Positions 39,969-50,900 are shown, counted from the stretch's first letter. The stretch is 64,000 bases of DNA from an uncultured Bacteroidales bacterium (GCA_963739685.1 CAVUAX010000002.1:71290-135289); one strand, 5' to 3'. Numbers and translations are program-made. Notes: a model not told the origin generated them from the sequence alone.

Positions 39969-40685
39969 TTATGATATCATTGGAACTTCCATCAGTAAAA
40001 ATTCTGAATCACTATCGGCTTTCACGGATATCTTATCGGTATCCCAGATCCCAAAGCCGTCACGGGCTGATAATTTCTGTTTGTTTACTGTTATATCACC
40101 ACTCAAAACAAACACGTACACGCCGTTTCCATTTGCTTTAAAATTGTAATCTGCGCTTACACCTTTATCAAACCGGCCGAGGTGAAACCAGGCGTTTTGA
40201 TAAATCCAGACTCCTTCGTCTTCAGGATCAGGAGAAAGTATCTGCTGCAATTTGTTATGACGATCAGTTATGTTTAATTTTATCTGGTCGTACCGTGGAT
40301 TTACATTCCTCCGGTTCGGGAATACCCATATCTGTAAAAATTTAACCGGCTTCTCCTTACTCCTGTTATATTCGCTGTGCGTTATTCCTGAACCGGCACT
40401 CATAACCTGTACATCACCATGCTTTATAATGCTGACATTACCCATACTGTCTTTATGTTCCAGATCACCTTCAAGAGGAATTGAAATTATTTCCATGTTT
40501 TCATGAGGATGAGTGCCGAACCCCATCCCGGCTTCCACGGTATCATCATTAAGCACCCGAAGCATTCCAAAATGGACTCTTTCAGGATCATAATAATCAG
40601 CAAAACTGAAGGTATGCCTGCTGTGAAGCCAGCCATGATCTGCATCACCACGGGTTTCCGCCTTATGAAAAATTGTATTTGCCAT
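39969..40685 (-). CDS. Pirin family protein (bicupin, YhhW/YhaK-like)
   Basis: 238 aa. Motifs GWLHSRHTFSFADYYDP, GFGTHPHENMEI, SAGSGITHSE. Confidence 0.9.
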   Translation of the reverse strand: MANTIFHKAETRGDADHGWLHSRHTFSFADYYDPERVHFGMLRVLNDDTVEAGMGFGTHPHENMEIISIPLEGDLEHKDSMGNVSIIKHGDVQVMSAGSGITHSEYNRSKEKPVKFLQIWVFPNRRNVNPRYDQIKLNITDRHNKLQQILSPDPEDEGVWIYQNAWFHLGRFDKGVSADYNFKANGNGVYVFVLSGDITVNKQKLSARDGFGIWDTDKISVKADSDSEFLLMEVPMIS

Positions 40686-40698
40686 GAAATATGTGCTT

Positions 40699-41259
40699 TC
40701 AGGATTGTTTAAGCAATTCTACTTCACAACTTATTTTCACTTCATCACCCACCAGTACTCCACCTGCTTCCAGCGCTGCATTCCAGTTCAGCTCCCAGTC
40801 TTTACGGTTTATTTTTCCGTTTATAGTGAAGCCGGCTTTCATATTCCCCCAGGGATCTTTCATTACTCCTCCGAATTCCACATCAAGCTTTATTTGTTTT
40901 TTTATGCCCCTTATAGTGAGATCTCCATACAATGTATAACTTCCATCTCCGTCAACTTTCTCGTAGGTATTACCTACAAATGATATCTGCTTATGTTTTT
41001 CAACATCGAGGAAGTCAGGACTTTTTAAATGCGCATCACGCTTTTCATCTCCTGTATCAATTGAAGCCGGGTTGATCCAGAAATCGATTTCAGCGGTCAT
41101 AAAATCTTCACCGGTAGTGTAAATGCTTGCTTCATATTCTTTAAATACTCCTTTTACATTGGAAATCATCAGGTGCTTTACTTTAAAAGAAATTTCCGTG
41201 TGTGCGGGGTCTATAACCCACTTGATCTTTGTTGGTTCTTTTGTTGTTTCCATTTCCAT
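40699..41259 (-). CDS. YceI family protein
   Basis: 186 aa. Motifs IDPAHTEISFKVKHLMISNVKGVF, RDAHLKSPDFLDVEKH, GDLTIRGI. Confidence 0.88.
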   Translation of the reverse strand: MEMETTKEPTKIKWVIDPAHTEISFKVKHLMISNVKGVFKEYEASIYTTGEDFMTAEIDFWINPASIDTGDEKRDAHLKSPDFLDVEKHKQISFVGNTYEKVDGDGSYTLYGDLTIRGIKKQIKLDVEFGGVMKDPWGNMKAGFTINGKINRKDWELNWNAALEAGGVLVGDEVKISCEVELLKQS

Positions 41260-41368
41260 TTTGATTTTGTTATTCTTAATATGTTTAAAATTGGGTTAAT
41301 ATAAGGCAGCAAAATTACGAACACCTGTATGACAGACGGTAACATTTTTCGGTAAATGTGTTGTAATT

Positions 41369-42202
41369 TCAGGAAATGAGTTTTCTCATCCCGCCACGGA
41401 ACTCGGAAGGAGTCTGTCCTGTTCTCTTTTTAAAAACGTTACTGAAATATGATTTTTCATTATAACCGATTTCAAATCCTATTTCGGAAATGGTTTTGTC
41501 TGATGTGATCAAAAGATTCTTTGCTTCAATAAGCTTTCTGGTTTCGATAATCTCCGTTACACTCTTGCCCAGAATATTCTGGCAAATCAGATTTAGGTTA
41601 CGTGCTGACATGAATAATTTTTCAGCATAGAACTCAACTCCCTCAGGTCTGTGGTAGTTATCCTCGAGTATTTTCAGAAAATTTTTAAAAGTAATATTTT
41701 GAGTACTGTGAAGGCCCTCTTCGGTCAGGTCCATCTTTTTCCTTTCCGATTCAATCATTATGAATAATGTATTCAGTAAATGCCTTACAACAGCATAATC
41801 AGGAAAAGTTTGATGCATCTCATTAAACATCATTTCACATAAGATAACCATACGGTTAAAATTTTCGTTTTTAGGGAACTTAATATTTGCATGGTCATGA
41901 TATTGGGAATAGAGTTGAAAAGTAGTTTCCGGAATAAACTCGCTTCTGAACTCAAGCACCCAGACATTGAATATGTTACTATCAATTACCGGTTTTACCC
42001 TGTGTATCTTCCCTTTCGTTACAAAACTGATAAATGGCGAGACAAAATTGTCTGATTTGAAATCTATAAAATGTTCCAGTTCACCCTCAACACCGACAAT
42101 TAATTCTTCAAAATCATGGCAGTGGGGTTCGTCAGGAGAGGATGCAATTTTTCTTGCATCCTCTGCAGTCAGTCTGTATATTTGAAAGAGGTGGTCCATC
42201 AT
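41369..42202 (-). CDS. AraC family transcriptional regulator
   Basis: 277 aa. Cupin-like N-terminus (HCHDFEEL) and C-terminal double HTH (ISEIGFEIGYNEKSYFSNVFKKRTGQTPSEFR). Confidence 0.85.
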   Translation of the reverse strand: MMDHLFQIYRLTAEDARKIASSPDEPHCHDFEELIVGVEGELEHFIDFKSDNFVSPFISFVTKGKIHRVKPVIDSNIFNVWVLEFRSEFIPETTFQLYSQYHDHANIKFPKNENFNRMVILCEMMFNEMHQTFPDYAVVRHLLNTLFIMIESERKKMDLTEEGLHSTQNITFKNFLKILEDNYHRPEGVEFYAEKLFMSARNLNLICQNILGKSVTEIIETRKLIEAKNLLITSDKTISEIGFEIGYNEKSYFSNVFKKRTGQTPSEFRGGMRKLIS

Positions 42203-42304
42203 TAAGCAAGTTAGTAAAAAAATGACTTTCCGTAACTCACCCCGGGAGCTTATTTGTTTCAGGATAAAGAAAGTAACTATAATTTATGCTGATACGAAAT
42301 AAAT

Positions 42305-43003
42305 TTATTTATGATCTGAATCTTTAGATGCAACTATTAATAACTGAAGTTTTTCAAAATAGAATTTAGTTTGTGAATCACTCATTATCCAATAGATTAC
42401 ACCGCTTATAAGCGCGGCAAAAAAACACCATACAGATAACAGATATTGGGTGAAAAAGATTGCGGTAACCAGGCAGGAAAAGGTCATAAGAATGCCAAGC
42501 AGGTGTGTTCTTTTAATACTTGAAATAAAAAGCGGTGTTATTGTAGCAATCAGGTAGAACATAAAAGATACTATACTTAATGATTTCGGAAAGTCAGTGT
42601 CGTAATGAATATGATAGCCCTGAATATGGGGATAGACGTTTAATAGCAACAAACACAATGCATAATACAATGACAAAACAGATCCTACCAGAAGAAGGCC
42701 AGTAAGTATTTTTTTCTTTTTCTCGCTTTCTTCCATTAACAGCACTGAAAGAGGTATCATCACAGGCCATATTACCTGAGCCATAATCAGAAAAATGTAT
42801 GTCGAAATATGTTGAAGTCCGGCATAGTCCACCATAGGCAAAGTCAGCCATAAAAGCCCTTCGGCAATCTGCTGGAATCCAAAAAACAATGGAATGCTTG
42901 CAAAAAGTATCTGTGAAGGTTTATGCACCTTCCTTACCGTTGCCAAACCTATTGCTGAAATTATAACGCCACCCGCAAAACTTGCTTCCGCTGAAAAACA
43001 CAT
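42305..43003 (-). CDS. Hypothetical polytopic membrane protein (DUF6629-like, uncertain)
   Basis: 232 aa with about 7 hydrophobic segments. No catalytic motif recognised. Confidence 0.5.
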   Translation of the reverse strand: MCFSAEASFAGGVIISAIGLATVRKVHKPSQILFASIPLFFGFQQIAEGLLWLTLPMVDYAGLQHISTYIFLIMAQVIWPVMIPLSVLLMEESEKKKKILTGLLLVGSVLSLYYALCLLLLNVYPHIQGYHIHYDTDFPKSLSIVSFMFYLIATITPLFISSIKRTHLLGILMTFSCLVTAIFFTQYLLSVWCFFAALISGVIYWIMSDSQTKFYFEKLQLLIVASKDSDHK

Positions 43004-43508
43004 TTCCTCATCCTTTCTTTCAGTTGTTACTCAGATCCCGTAAACTGAACTTCAGAAAAATAATAAATTCTAAGCCGATCAAGATACATTTTTAAAAATG
43101 ATAAATCTTTCATAATGAGTTATCATTTATTGCATCCAGAACAAAACTAAATGCCAGATTCTAAAACAAACAGGTGGAATTATGTATAATGCACCTGATA
43201 AATAAGCCAAATAAAACAATTCAGGCAATCTTCATTATACTTTAAATAATTTCTGTCAGTGTAGCTGTTAAAATGGTAACTTAGTTTTCAGCCCGGGTGC
43301 GGATTCCCGGAATGATAGCAATGTCAGTGTCTTTATCGATTCCCGTCAAATTGTATAAAATATGGTAACATAATGGCAGATTTTGGATATTCAAGTACAG
43401 TATTTAACAATGTATTATACCGATATACAAAATTTCCGGACTTTTTAAATGGTTGTGAGCAGTCGAAAAATAATTTGTTAAATATCGGTAACATGTTAAT
43501 TGGCGGCA

Positions 43509-43985
43509 TCATTTATTTAGCTCAATCAGCTCAATACCATAGTCATACTGAAGATCTTCATGCAACGAAGATACCTTTTTTATGATTGTTTCTACCTGCT
43601 TTGTGAAGAGCTTTAAAAGACCAGCATTCTGCTGTGCCGGGGAAGCTATTGTTTTCAGCTTTGTACAAAAATATATAAGCAGGTCAACCTCAGTTTGTTT
43701 ATTCTGTGAATATCTGATATATTTCCTTGTACTGAGTAAAATTTTCCTGACACTTTTTCTGGTAAGATAATAGCTTTTTCGGTTTATCAGTTTAAATTGT
43801 TCGTCAATAGTATTTTTAACACTTTCTTTATATGACTCTTCGTCAGTGGATTCAAAAAGGAGATAAGTTAACAACTCCTTATTTTCTTTTTTAAATCTTG
43901 ACAATCGGAGACACAGTTCCCTGAGTTCTTTAGGTGTACGTAAATTTAATTCCCCGTTTAGCTCTTTAACTGTGACTGCCTTCAT
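43509..43985 (-). CDS. Hypothetical protein
   Basis: 158-aa lysine-rich helical ORF in a clean ORF context. No motif recognised. Confidence 0.45.
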   Translation of the reverse strand: MKAVTVKELNGELNLRTPKELRELCLRLSRFKKENKELLTYLLFESTDEESYKESVKNTIDEQFKLINRKSYYLTRKSVRKILLSTRKYIRYSQNKQTEVDLLIYFCTKLKTIASPAQQNAGLLKLFTKQVETIIKKVSSLHEDLQYDYGIELIELNK

Positions 43986-44255
43986 GGATAAATCTGAAAT
44001 AAGAAGTAGATCTGCTATTAATTTTGACTTTTTAACCTATTCCTTCTGCATTGACAGTGATAGTGGAATTAAATCCAGATCCCTCTTCCTCGTGCCTTTT
44101 CAGAGTTGAATAATAGTGCTAAGTTAAACATTATTTTTTTCCATACTCTCAACCCAGCAACAGGAAGAAAATATTAATTATATTTGATCTGAAGAAAAGG
44201 GCAGCCGTCGTTTTTATTGTACGCCATTATTATTAAGCTAATTAAATTCAATAAT

Positions 44256-44828
44256 ATGGAAGATACCGCATTAATATTTAAGGCCCTCGAGTTTGCTGCT
44301 GCAAGACACCGGACTCAATTCCGGAAAGGAGAACTCAGAACACCTTATATTAATCACCCTATACAGGTTGCAAACCTGCTGGCAAATCAGGCAGAAGAGA
44401 ATGATCCGGAATTACTTTCTGCCGCATTACTCCATGATGTTATTGAAGACACCGTAAACTCTGCCGAAGAAAGAGATGAACTGATTTCTCAGATAAGGGA
44501 GATATTTGGGGAGCGGATATTATCGCTGATACTTGAAGTGACAGATGATAAAACTCTTGACAAAAAAGTAAGAAAACAATTGCAGGTAGAACAGGCATCT
44601 CACAAATCGGTTAGTGCGAAAAAAATCAGGATAGCCGACAAAATCATGAATGTACGGGATATCACTCATAATCCACCTGCAGATTGGACAATGCAACGTA
44701 TTGCCAACTACTTCGACTGGGCAGAGAAAGTAGTTGAGGGTTTGAGAGGGAGCAACAGAAATCTTGAGGATATGTTTGATGACTCCCTGGCAAAAGGCAG
44801 ATTAAAGTACGGATTAGATCCCGGTTAA
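44256..44828 (+). CDS. HD-domain phosphohydrolase (small SpoT/Mesh1-like (p)ppGpp hydrolase type)
   Basis: Motifs AAARHRTQFRKG...PYINHPIQVA...ALLHDVIEDT. The start is taken at ATG 44256 rather than TTG 44217. Confidence 0.7.
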   Translation: MEDTALIFKALEFAAARHRTQFRKGELRTPYINHPIQVANLLANQAEENDPELLSAALLHDVIEDTVNSAEERDELISQIREIFGERILSLILEVTDDKTLDKKVRKQLQVEQASHKSVSAKKIRIADKIMNVRDITHNPPADWTMQRIANYFDWAEKVVEGLRGSNRNLEDMFDDSLAKGRLKYGLDPG

Positions 44829-44899
44829 AATAAACAATTAAGATAATTCAAACTTGAAGAATTTTAATCAGGATAGATAATTATTAATTGACAGATGTT

Positions 44900-46261
44900 A
44901 TGTTACTAAAAAGCATTAATCCTTATACAAACCTGTTAATTGAAGAATTTGAAGAGCTACCGGAAGAAAAACTGGAAGAATTGCTGAACAGGTCATCAGG
45001 TGCCTTCGAAGAATGGAAAAGAACGGATTTTGGATACCGCAAATCTCTTATGCTGAAGACTGCCGGTTTACTGATCGAAAATGTCAGGGAATATGCCGGG
45101 GCAATCACAGCCGAAATGGGTAAGAGTTTAAGGGAATCAATTGCTGAAGTCGAAAAGTGTGCCTGGGTCTGTAAGTATTATGCTGAACATGCTGAAAATT
45201 TTCTTCGGATTGACCAAGTTGGTACTGACGCATATATGAGCTATATATCTTATGAACCAATAGGGCCGGTTCTTGGAATTATGCCCTGGAATTTTCCGTT
45301 CTGGCAGGTGTTTCGTTTTGCCGTCCCTACATTGATGGCAGGAAATACTGTGCTTCTCAAACATGCTTCAAATGTCCAGATATGTGCCCGGTATATAGAA
45401 AATATTTTTACGAAGTCAGGATTCCCGCCATCAGTATTCAGTAATCTTGTAATCGGATCCGGCAGAGTGAAAAAAATCATTGAACATGATATTGTAAAGG
45501 CTGTTTCACTTACCGGCAGCGAATCAGCCGGACAAAAAGTAGCTGAGACAGCCGGTAGGAAAATTAAAAAGAGTTTACTTGAGTTAGGGGGAAGCAATGC
45601 TTTTGTGGTTCTTGAAGATGCTGATCTGGAGAAGGCTGCCGAGGTGGGAATAAAAGCACGTATGATGAATGCAGGTCAGAGTTGTATTGCAGCAAAGAGA
45701 TTCATAGTTCACGAGAAAGTAAAGGACAAATTTATTGACCTGTTTCTTGAAAAACTGAAAAGAATAAAGTATGGTGACCCAACTAAAGATGATATAACTA
45801 TGGGTCCACTTGCAAATATTCAGCAGGCGGAAAAAGTTGAAGAGCAGGTTAGAAGATCCGTAGAAATGGGAGCAGAAATAATTGCAGGTGGAGACCACAT
45901 AAATGCATTATACTCCCCTACCCTTCTTGTCGATGTGCACCCGGGCATGCCACTGTTTGATGAAGAAGTTTTTGGTCCGGTTGCCCCGGTAATAGTTGCC
46001 AGGGATACAGCAGAAGCTGTTATTCTTGCTAATCAGACAAAATTTGGTCTTGGGGTTTCACTTTTCACAAATGATCTGAAAAAGGCAATGGAAATGGTCA
46101 GTGAATTTAAGGATGGCGCAGTTTTTATCAATGAGCTTGTAAAATCTGACCCCAGACTACCATTTGGGGGAACCGGTCGATCAGGTTTTGGCAGGGAATT
46201 GTCCATTCAGGGGATTCGGGAATTTGTAAATATCAAAACAGTTTATATAAAAAAATTCTGA
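44900..46261 (+). CDS. NAD(P)-dependent aldehyde dehydrogenase (succinate-semialdehyde dehydrogenase-like)
   Basis: Motifs WNFPFWQ, LELGGSNA (catalytic Glu), NAGQSCIAAKR (catalytic Cys), EEVFGPV. The start is taken at ATG 44900. Confidence 0.88.
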   Translation: MLLKSINPYTNLLIEEFEELPEEKLEELLNRSSGAFEEWKRTDFGYRKSLMLKTAGLLIENVREYAGAITAEMGKSLRESIAEVEKCAWVCKYYAEHAENFLRIDQVGTDAYMSYISYEPIGPVLGIMPWNFPFWQVFRFAVPTLMAGNTVLLKHASNVQICARYIENIFTKSGFPPSVFSNLVIGSGRVKKIIEHDIVKAVSLTGSESAGQKVAETAGRKIKKSLLELGGSNAFVVLEDADLEKAAEVGIKARMMNAGQSCIAAKRFIVHEKVKDKFIDLFLEKLKRIKYGDPTKDDITMGPLANIQQAEKVEEQVRRSVEMGAEIIAGGDHINALYSPTLLVDVHPGMPLFDEEVFGPVAPVIVARDTAEAVILANQTKFGLGVSLFTNDLKKAMEMVSEFKDGAVFINELVKSDPRLPFGGTGRSGFGRELSIQGIREFVNIKTVYIKKF

Positions 46262-46459
46262 GACCACTATTTGAATGGTCCACCTGTTTACCGGTCAGCA
46301 CTTGAGAACTTTTTCAGGATACATTTGTATTCCAGATATAACACTGTTCTTGAAAAATAAATCTTTAATATACCGGAAAAAAATTTGGAAAAGATCAATT
46401 TTTAGCAGAGATTGCTTTGATTTTAAAATTTGTTAATAATAAATATGGAGGGAGTAATT

Positions 46460-47761
46460 ATGAACTTTAAAAAGACGATACTAATTTTTGCTACCACATT
46501 TTTATGCCTTCTTTTATCCGGACAAGCTGCAAGATCATATGAGAAAACGGGATCTCTTCGGGCTGGTATTGCAAAAATTGACATCACACCGGACATTCCG
46601 GTAATGTTATACGGATACAGTTCTAGAAAAACACCTTCAGAAGGTGTCCATGACCCCATATCTGCCCGTGCCGTTGTTTTTGAGAATAATGGCAATAAAT
46701 TTGTCCTGGTCTCTTCCGATCTGGGTTCTTATGGCGCTGATGTTTTTTCATTAATACAGAAAAGCATTCTTGATAAATTCAATCTGAAAGAATCCCAACT
46801 ATTCCTCTCTACGATTCATTCACACAGCACTCCTATTTTATCCATTAGTAAAGAAAGAGGGAGCCCGAATAATATTGAATACACTAAATCATTAAACCAG
46901 AAGTTATTAACTGTCATTGGGGAAGCATTTAAAAATATGAAACCCGTCAATGCAGGAATTGGTGTAGGTTATTCACCTGTCGGGTCAAACAGACGGGAGA
47001 TGAAAGCTGACGGGTCAATTACACTTGGCCGGAATCCATATGGTCCGACCGATAAAGAAGTATTGGTGATGAAGATCTCGACTCCTGAAGGAAAACCTGT
47101 TGGGGCAGTTTTTGACTATGCAACGCATTCAACCTCTTTAGGTCCCAGGAATATGCTGATAAGTGGTGATGTTTTGGGGTTATCAGCTCAGTTTACTGAA
47201 AAAATATTGGGAAAAGATATTATTACACCCGTTTTTGCAGGAGCTTCAGGGAATATTGATCCATGGTACAGGGTTCTTCCCGAATTTGATAATGAGCCTG
47301 GCTGGATCCCTGAACCGGTTTTACTTGGCACTCTTCTTGGAGAAGAGGTAATCCATGTTTTCCGAGACATTAAAGAAGTCATGCCAGCAGGTGAAATAAG
47401 GACTTCATTTTATACTCTCGAGTGTCCCCGCAGGAAAAGAGATCCAAATGATACCAGAATACCTGACGCAGATCAGCCAGCCACTGTACCGGTTAACATC
47501 ACAGTTGCGGGTATCGGGGATGATATAGCATTTATAGGATTTAACGTTGAAATGCTAACTGAGATAGGTATGGCAATAAAACAAGGGTCTCCATTTAAAC
47601 ATACATTTATAATAACACACTGCAACGGTGCAAGCGGCTACCTTCCCCCTGCAGAGCTGTATAAGGAAGGAGGCTATGAGGTTACTTCAACACGGTTTGA
47701 AATAGGCTCGGCGGACATGGTTATTAAAAAAGCACTCAGGATGCTTTATGATTTAAAATAA
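46460..47761 (+). CDS. Secreted hydrolase resembling the neutral/alkaline non-lysosomal ceramidase N-terminal domain family
   Basis: Signal peptide MNFKKTILIFATTFLCLLLSG, then GIAKIDITP...GYSSR...GVHDPISARAVVF...STIHSHSTP. The family call is from memory of the motif pattern only. Confidence 0.55.
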   Translation: MNFKKTILIFATTFLCLLLSGQAARSYEKTGSLRAGIAKIDITPDIPVMLYGYSSRKTPSEGVHDPISARAVVFENNGNKFVLVSSDLGSYGADVFSLIQKSILDKFNLKESQLFLSTIHSHSTPILSISKERGSPNNIEYTKSLNQKLLTVIGEAFKNMKPVNAGIGVGYSPVGSNRREMKADGSITLGRNPYGPTDKEVLVMKISTPEGKPVGAVFDYATHSTSLGPRNMLISGDVLGLSAQFTEKILGKDIITPVFAGASGNIDPWYRVLPEFDNEPGWIPEPVLLGTLLGEEVIHVFRDIKEVMPAGEIRTSFYTLECPRRKRDPNDTRIPDADQPATVPVNITVAGIGDDIAFIGFNVEMLTEIGMAIKQGSPFKHTFIITHCNGASGYLPPAELYKEGGYEVTSTRFEIGSADMVIKKALRMLYDLK

Positions 47762-47919
47762 ACTCAGGTATTGATGCTTTAACTGACGCCGGTTTAATTT
47801 ATTATTAAAATAAGGGCTAATCCTGCCAAAGGAACCTTAAAAAAGGTCAATTGTGAGGATTGGTTTAAATGAAAGAGAATGGTTGATAAAACAATCTCTA
47901 TTAAAAACAAGTTTGATAA

Positions 47920-48132
47920 CTAAAATTGATTTTTGTGAAGGTTCAGTACTCTCTGGATACTTTGGGGAAAACCAAGTTCTTTATAAATGTTGGCCTGGTC
48001 TTTCGGATAAATCAACCCTCTGTCAAGTACAATTTTTCTTTTTTGTAAAAGCCTTTGGAATGTCTTTCTTGAGACACCATATTCCTCAGCCATTTGTTGT
48101 TTAGTTTTAACAACACCATTATTATTTTCCAT
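47920..48132 (-). CDS. Small hypothetical protein, possibly helix-turn-helix
   Basis: 70 aa. KQQMAEEYGVSRKTFQRLLQK looks HTH-like. Isolated gene in AT-rich surroundings. Confidence 0.35.
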   Translation of the reverse strand: MENNNGVVKTKQQMAEEYGVSRKTFQRLLQKRKIVLDRGLIYPKDQANIYKELGFPQSIQRVLNLHKNQF

Positions 48133-48360
48133 AGTGATATTTTTAAAACTTTATATTTTTCCAGGTAAAACCTGTATTGCAAATAAAAAACAGCTTTCAA
48201 ACATAACCTAATCAAAATTAATAATAAAAACAATTTAAGTCAAGAATAGTTCAAACTTAGTTCAAACAAAAAAAAGATTTTTTTCCACATTATCTGTCTG
48301 AAAATAAGGTCATGCAATACGAAAGGATATGGCAATAATGCACCTGTTTAAACATTCGGA

Positions 48361-49443
48361 TTACAATTTGTAGATTAATGCATTAATATTCATTCCGGCG
48401 CCAACGGAAGCCATAATTAGTGTATCTCCTGCACTTAATTTGTGTGGTTGTAACTTATCTTTTAAAATAAGATCCAATAAAGTAGGTATAGTAGCTACTG
48501 ATGAGTTCCCTAACCATTCAATCGTCATCGGCATAATGTTCTCAGGCACTTCAGTGATATTATAAAGACTAAAAAGTCTTTTTAAAATGGCATCATCCAT
48601 TTTTCCGTTTGCCTGATGGATTAAAGCTTTTCTTATCTCAATGATTTCAGTATTGCTTCTCTCAAGACATTCTTTTATAGTTTGAGGTACCTTTTCAATT
48701 GCATACTGATAAAGCCTTCGACCATTCATTTTTAAATACATATCACCATTATCTTCTATATCACGTTTGTATGATTTACCCATGTATAGCATTTTGGAAT
48801 ATAATAAGGTATCGGAACGGGTTCTGTGTGCAAGAATCCCAATGGGGTAATCACTCTCTTTTGCTTCGAATACAGCTGCTCCTGCACCATCAGCATACAA
48901 CATACTGTCTCTGTCATGGGGATCGGATACCCTGGATAAAATTTCAGCGCCTATAACCAGCACCTTTTTTGCATCACCTGATTTTATCAGATAGTCTGCC
49001 TGAATTGAGGCCTGTAACCAACCCGGACACCCAAATAGTATATCATAGGCTACTGTATCAGGGTTTATTATTCCCAGTTTATGCTTTACCCTTGCAGCTA
49101 AACTAGGTACAATATCCTTCCTCCTGTTGTCATTTCGTACATCTCCAAAATTGTGCGCAACAATTATGTGGTCTAATTCTTCTTTATCAATATTTGCTGA
49201 CTTAATGGCATCACTAGCAGCAAACGCAGCAATATCTGAAGTTACCATATTGTCTGTAACATATCTCCTTTCTGCAATGGTCGTAATCTCAATAAATTTA
49301 TCAATAATTTCCTGATTCGGTTTTGAGAGTTTACTTCCGTCTGTATCATAAAATTCATTATTAAGAAAATCTTTATTTCTAATACGTCTGGTCGGGATAT
49401 AACTTCCGGTTCCTGTAATAACACTATAGATATTTTCTTTCAT
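48361..49443 (-). CDS. 3-oxoacyl-ACP synthase III family (FabH-like KAS III)
   Basis: 360 aa. Active-site Cys context FGCPGWLQA, His HQANGKM, Asn GNSSVATIP. Confidence 0.85.
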   Translation of the reverse strand: MKENIYSVITGTGSYIPTRRIRNKDFLNNEFYDTDGSKLSKPNQEIIDKFIEITTIAERRYVTDNMVTSDIAAFAASDAIKSANIDKEELDHIIVAHNFGDVRNDNRRKDIVPSLAARVKHKLGIINPDTVAYDILFGCPGWLQASIQADYLIKSGDAKKVLVIGAEILSRVSDPHDRDSMLYADGAGAAVFEAKESDYPIGILAHRTRSDTLLYSKMLYMGKSYKRDIEDNGDMYLKMNGRRLYQYAIEKVPQTIKECLERSNTEIIEIRKALIHQANGKMDDAILKRLFSLYNITEVPENIMPMTIEWLGNSSVATIPTLLDLILKDKLQPHKLSAGDTLIMASVGAGMNINALIYKL

Positions 49444-49955
49444 CTCTTCTGTTTAAAAGTTTATGCTTAGCAGCTCTTTTCTCCATTTAAGTAAAGGTTA
49501 AGTATCTTCCTCTTCTCCCTTTTCTGAAAAATGAAATTTGTCTGCTCCGCAATTTAGAAAGATCATTTTAATGTAATAAATATTTAAGTAATAAATTTAA
49601 ATTTTTATAATAACAGCATTTATTATAACCCGAAAATTGCTGTGAAAGTTAAGAATGAATAAACGGTGGGTTGAAGGCTGCATGACAATGATGATGAAAA
49701 ATAAAATCACACCTGCTTATCACCGGTTGCCCGATAAAAGACAATGCATTGTTGTGACCTTTACTCTCCTTCTGCCCTGCCGGGAACATTGAGGGCCTTT
49801 CCGGCCCGGATAGTGTCTCGTGACAATCATTTTGTTAACAGACAGGTCCTGAGCAAACAGTAACTGTGAATAAAGAGATACCCAAACCATTTAATGTAAT
49901 AAACAAAAATATAAATACGGTGTTTATATAACTGACCGGATATAAACCATAGCTC

Positions 49956-50900
49956 ATGAAAGCGATCATTTTAAGAGGGTTCGGTGGAGTGGAGAATCTT
50001 GTAAAAACAGATCTTCCTGTTCCTGAAATATCAGATAATGAAGTATTGATTAAGGTAAAAGCCATAAGCATTAATCCTGTGGATGTTAAAACCCGTAAGG
50101 GAAAAGGTTTGGTGGGTACACTAAAAGATATGGATCCTATAATATTGGGCTGGGACATTTCAGGGATTATAACCCAAAGAGGCAAGGGGGTAACTTTGTT
50201 TAATACTGGAGATGAAGTATTTGGCATGATAAATTTCCCCGGACATGGAAAGGCTTATGCCGAATATGTTGCTGCTCATGAGACACATATTGCATTAAAG
50301 CCGGCAAATATTTCACATGAGGAGGCTGCCGCTGCCTCCCTGGCAGCACTGACTGCATGGCAAATACTGAAAAACAAAGCAGAAATTAAACCGGGTTATA
50401 AAGTTCTGATTCATGCTGCTGCAGGTGGAGTAGGTCATTATGCAGTTCAGATGTCGAAGTATTTTGGCGCTTATGTAGCGGGGACAGCTTCAGGCAAGAA
50501 CAAGGAGTTTTTACTAAATCTTGGAGTCGACCGTTATATAGATTATGAGAAACAGGCCTTTGAAGATGTTCTGCATGATATGGATTTTGTACTGGATGCT
50601 ATCGGTGGAGAGTATACTGACCGTTCTTTAAAAGTTTTGAAACCGGGAGGGACAATAATTTGTATTCCCTCCGGTGCTTCCGACAGAATTGCTGAAAAAG
50701 CAATGGAAAAAGGTTTGACCGGATACCACTACATGGTCCATTCGGATGGCAAAAATATGAATGAGATTTCAATCTTGCTGGGAAAAGCTATAATAAAATC
50801 TTTCGTCTCAATGACATTTCCATTTGACGATATTCAACGTGCGCATTTGCAGATAGAGACAAAAAAGACAAAAGGAAAAGTAGTTGTTATAACGGAGTGA
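49956..50900 (+). CDS. Medium-chain dehydrogenase/reductase family NADPH:quinone oxidoreductase-like
   Basis: 314 aa. Motifs VLIKVKAISINPVD and the Rossmann motif HAAAGGVGHYAVQ. Confidence 0.88.
   Translation: MKAIILRGFGGVENLVKTDLPVPEISDNEVLIKVKAISINPVDVKTRKGKGLVGTLKDMDPIILGWDISGIITQRGKGVTLFNTGDEVFGMINFPGHGKAYAEYVAAHETHIALKPANISHEEAAAASLAALTAWQILKNKAEIKPGYKVLIHAAAGGVGHYAVQMSKYFGAYVAGTASGKNKEFLLNLGVDRYIDYEKQAFEDVLHDMDFVLDAIGGEYTDRSLKVLKPGGTIICIPSGASDRIAEKAMEKGLTGYHYMVHSDGKNMNEISILLGKAIIKSFVSMTFPFDDIQRAHLQIETKKTKGKVVVITE

Noticed and set aside
49682-49835. Locally GC-richer patch with a ccggg...cccgg hairpin, considered as a riboswitch or gene remnant upstream of the oxidoreductase
   Set aside because: I could match no known riboswitch core motif by eye, and only 36-aa ORFs are present. 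It cannot be supported without an Rfam scan or homology search.
49835-50227. 130-aa minus-strand ORF overlapping the start of the oxidoreductase gene
   Set aside because: It is antisense to a well-supported MDR oxidoreductase and has no recognisable motifs.
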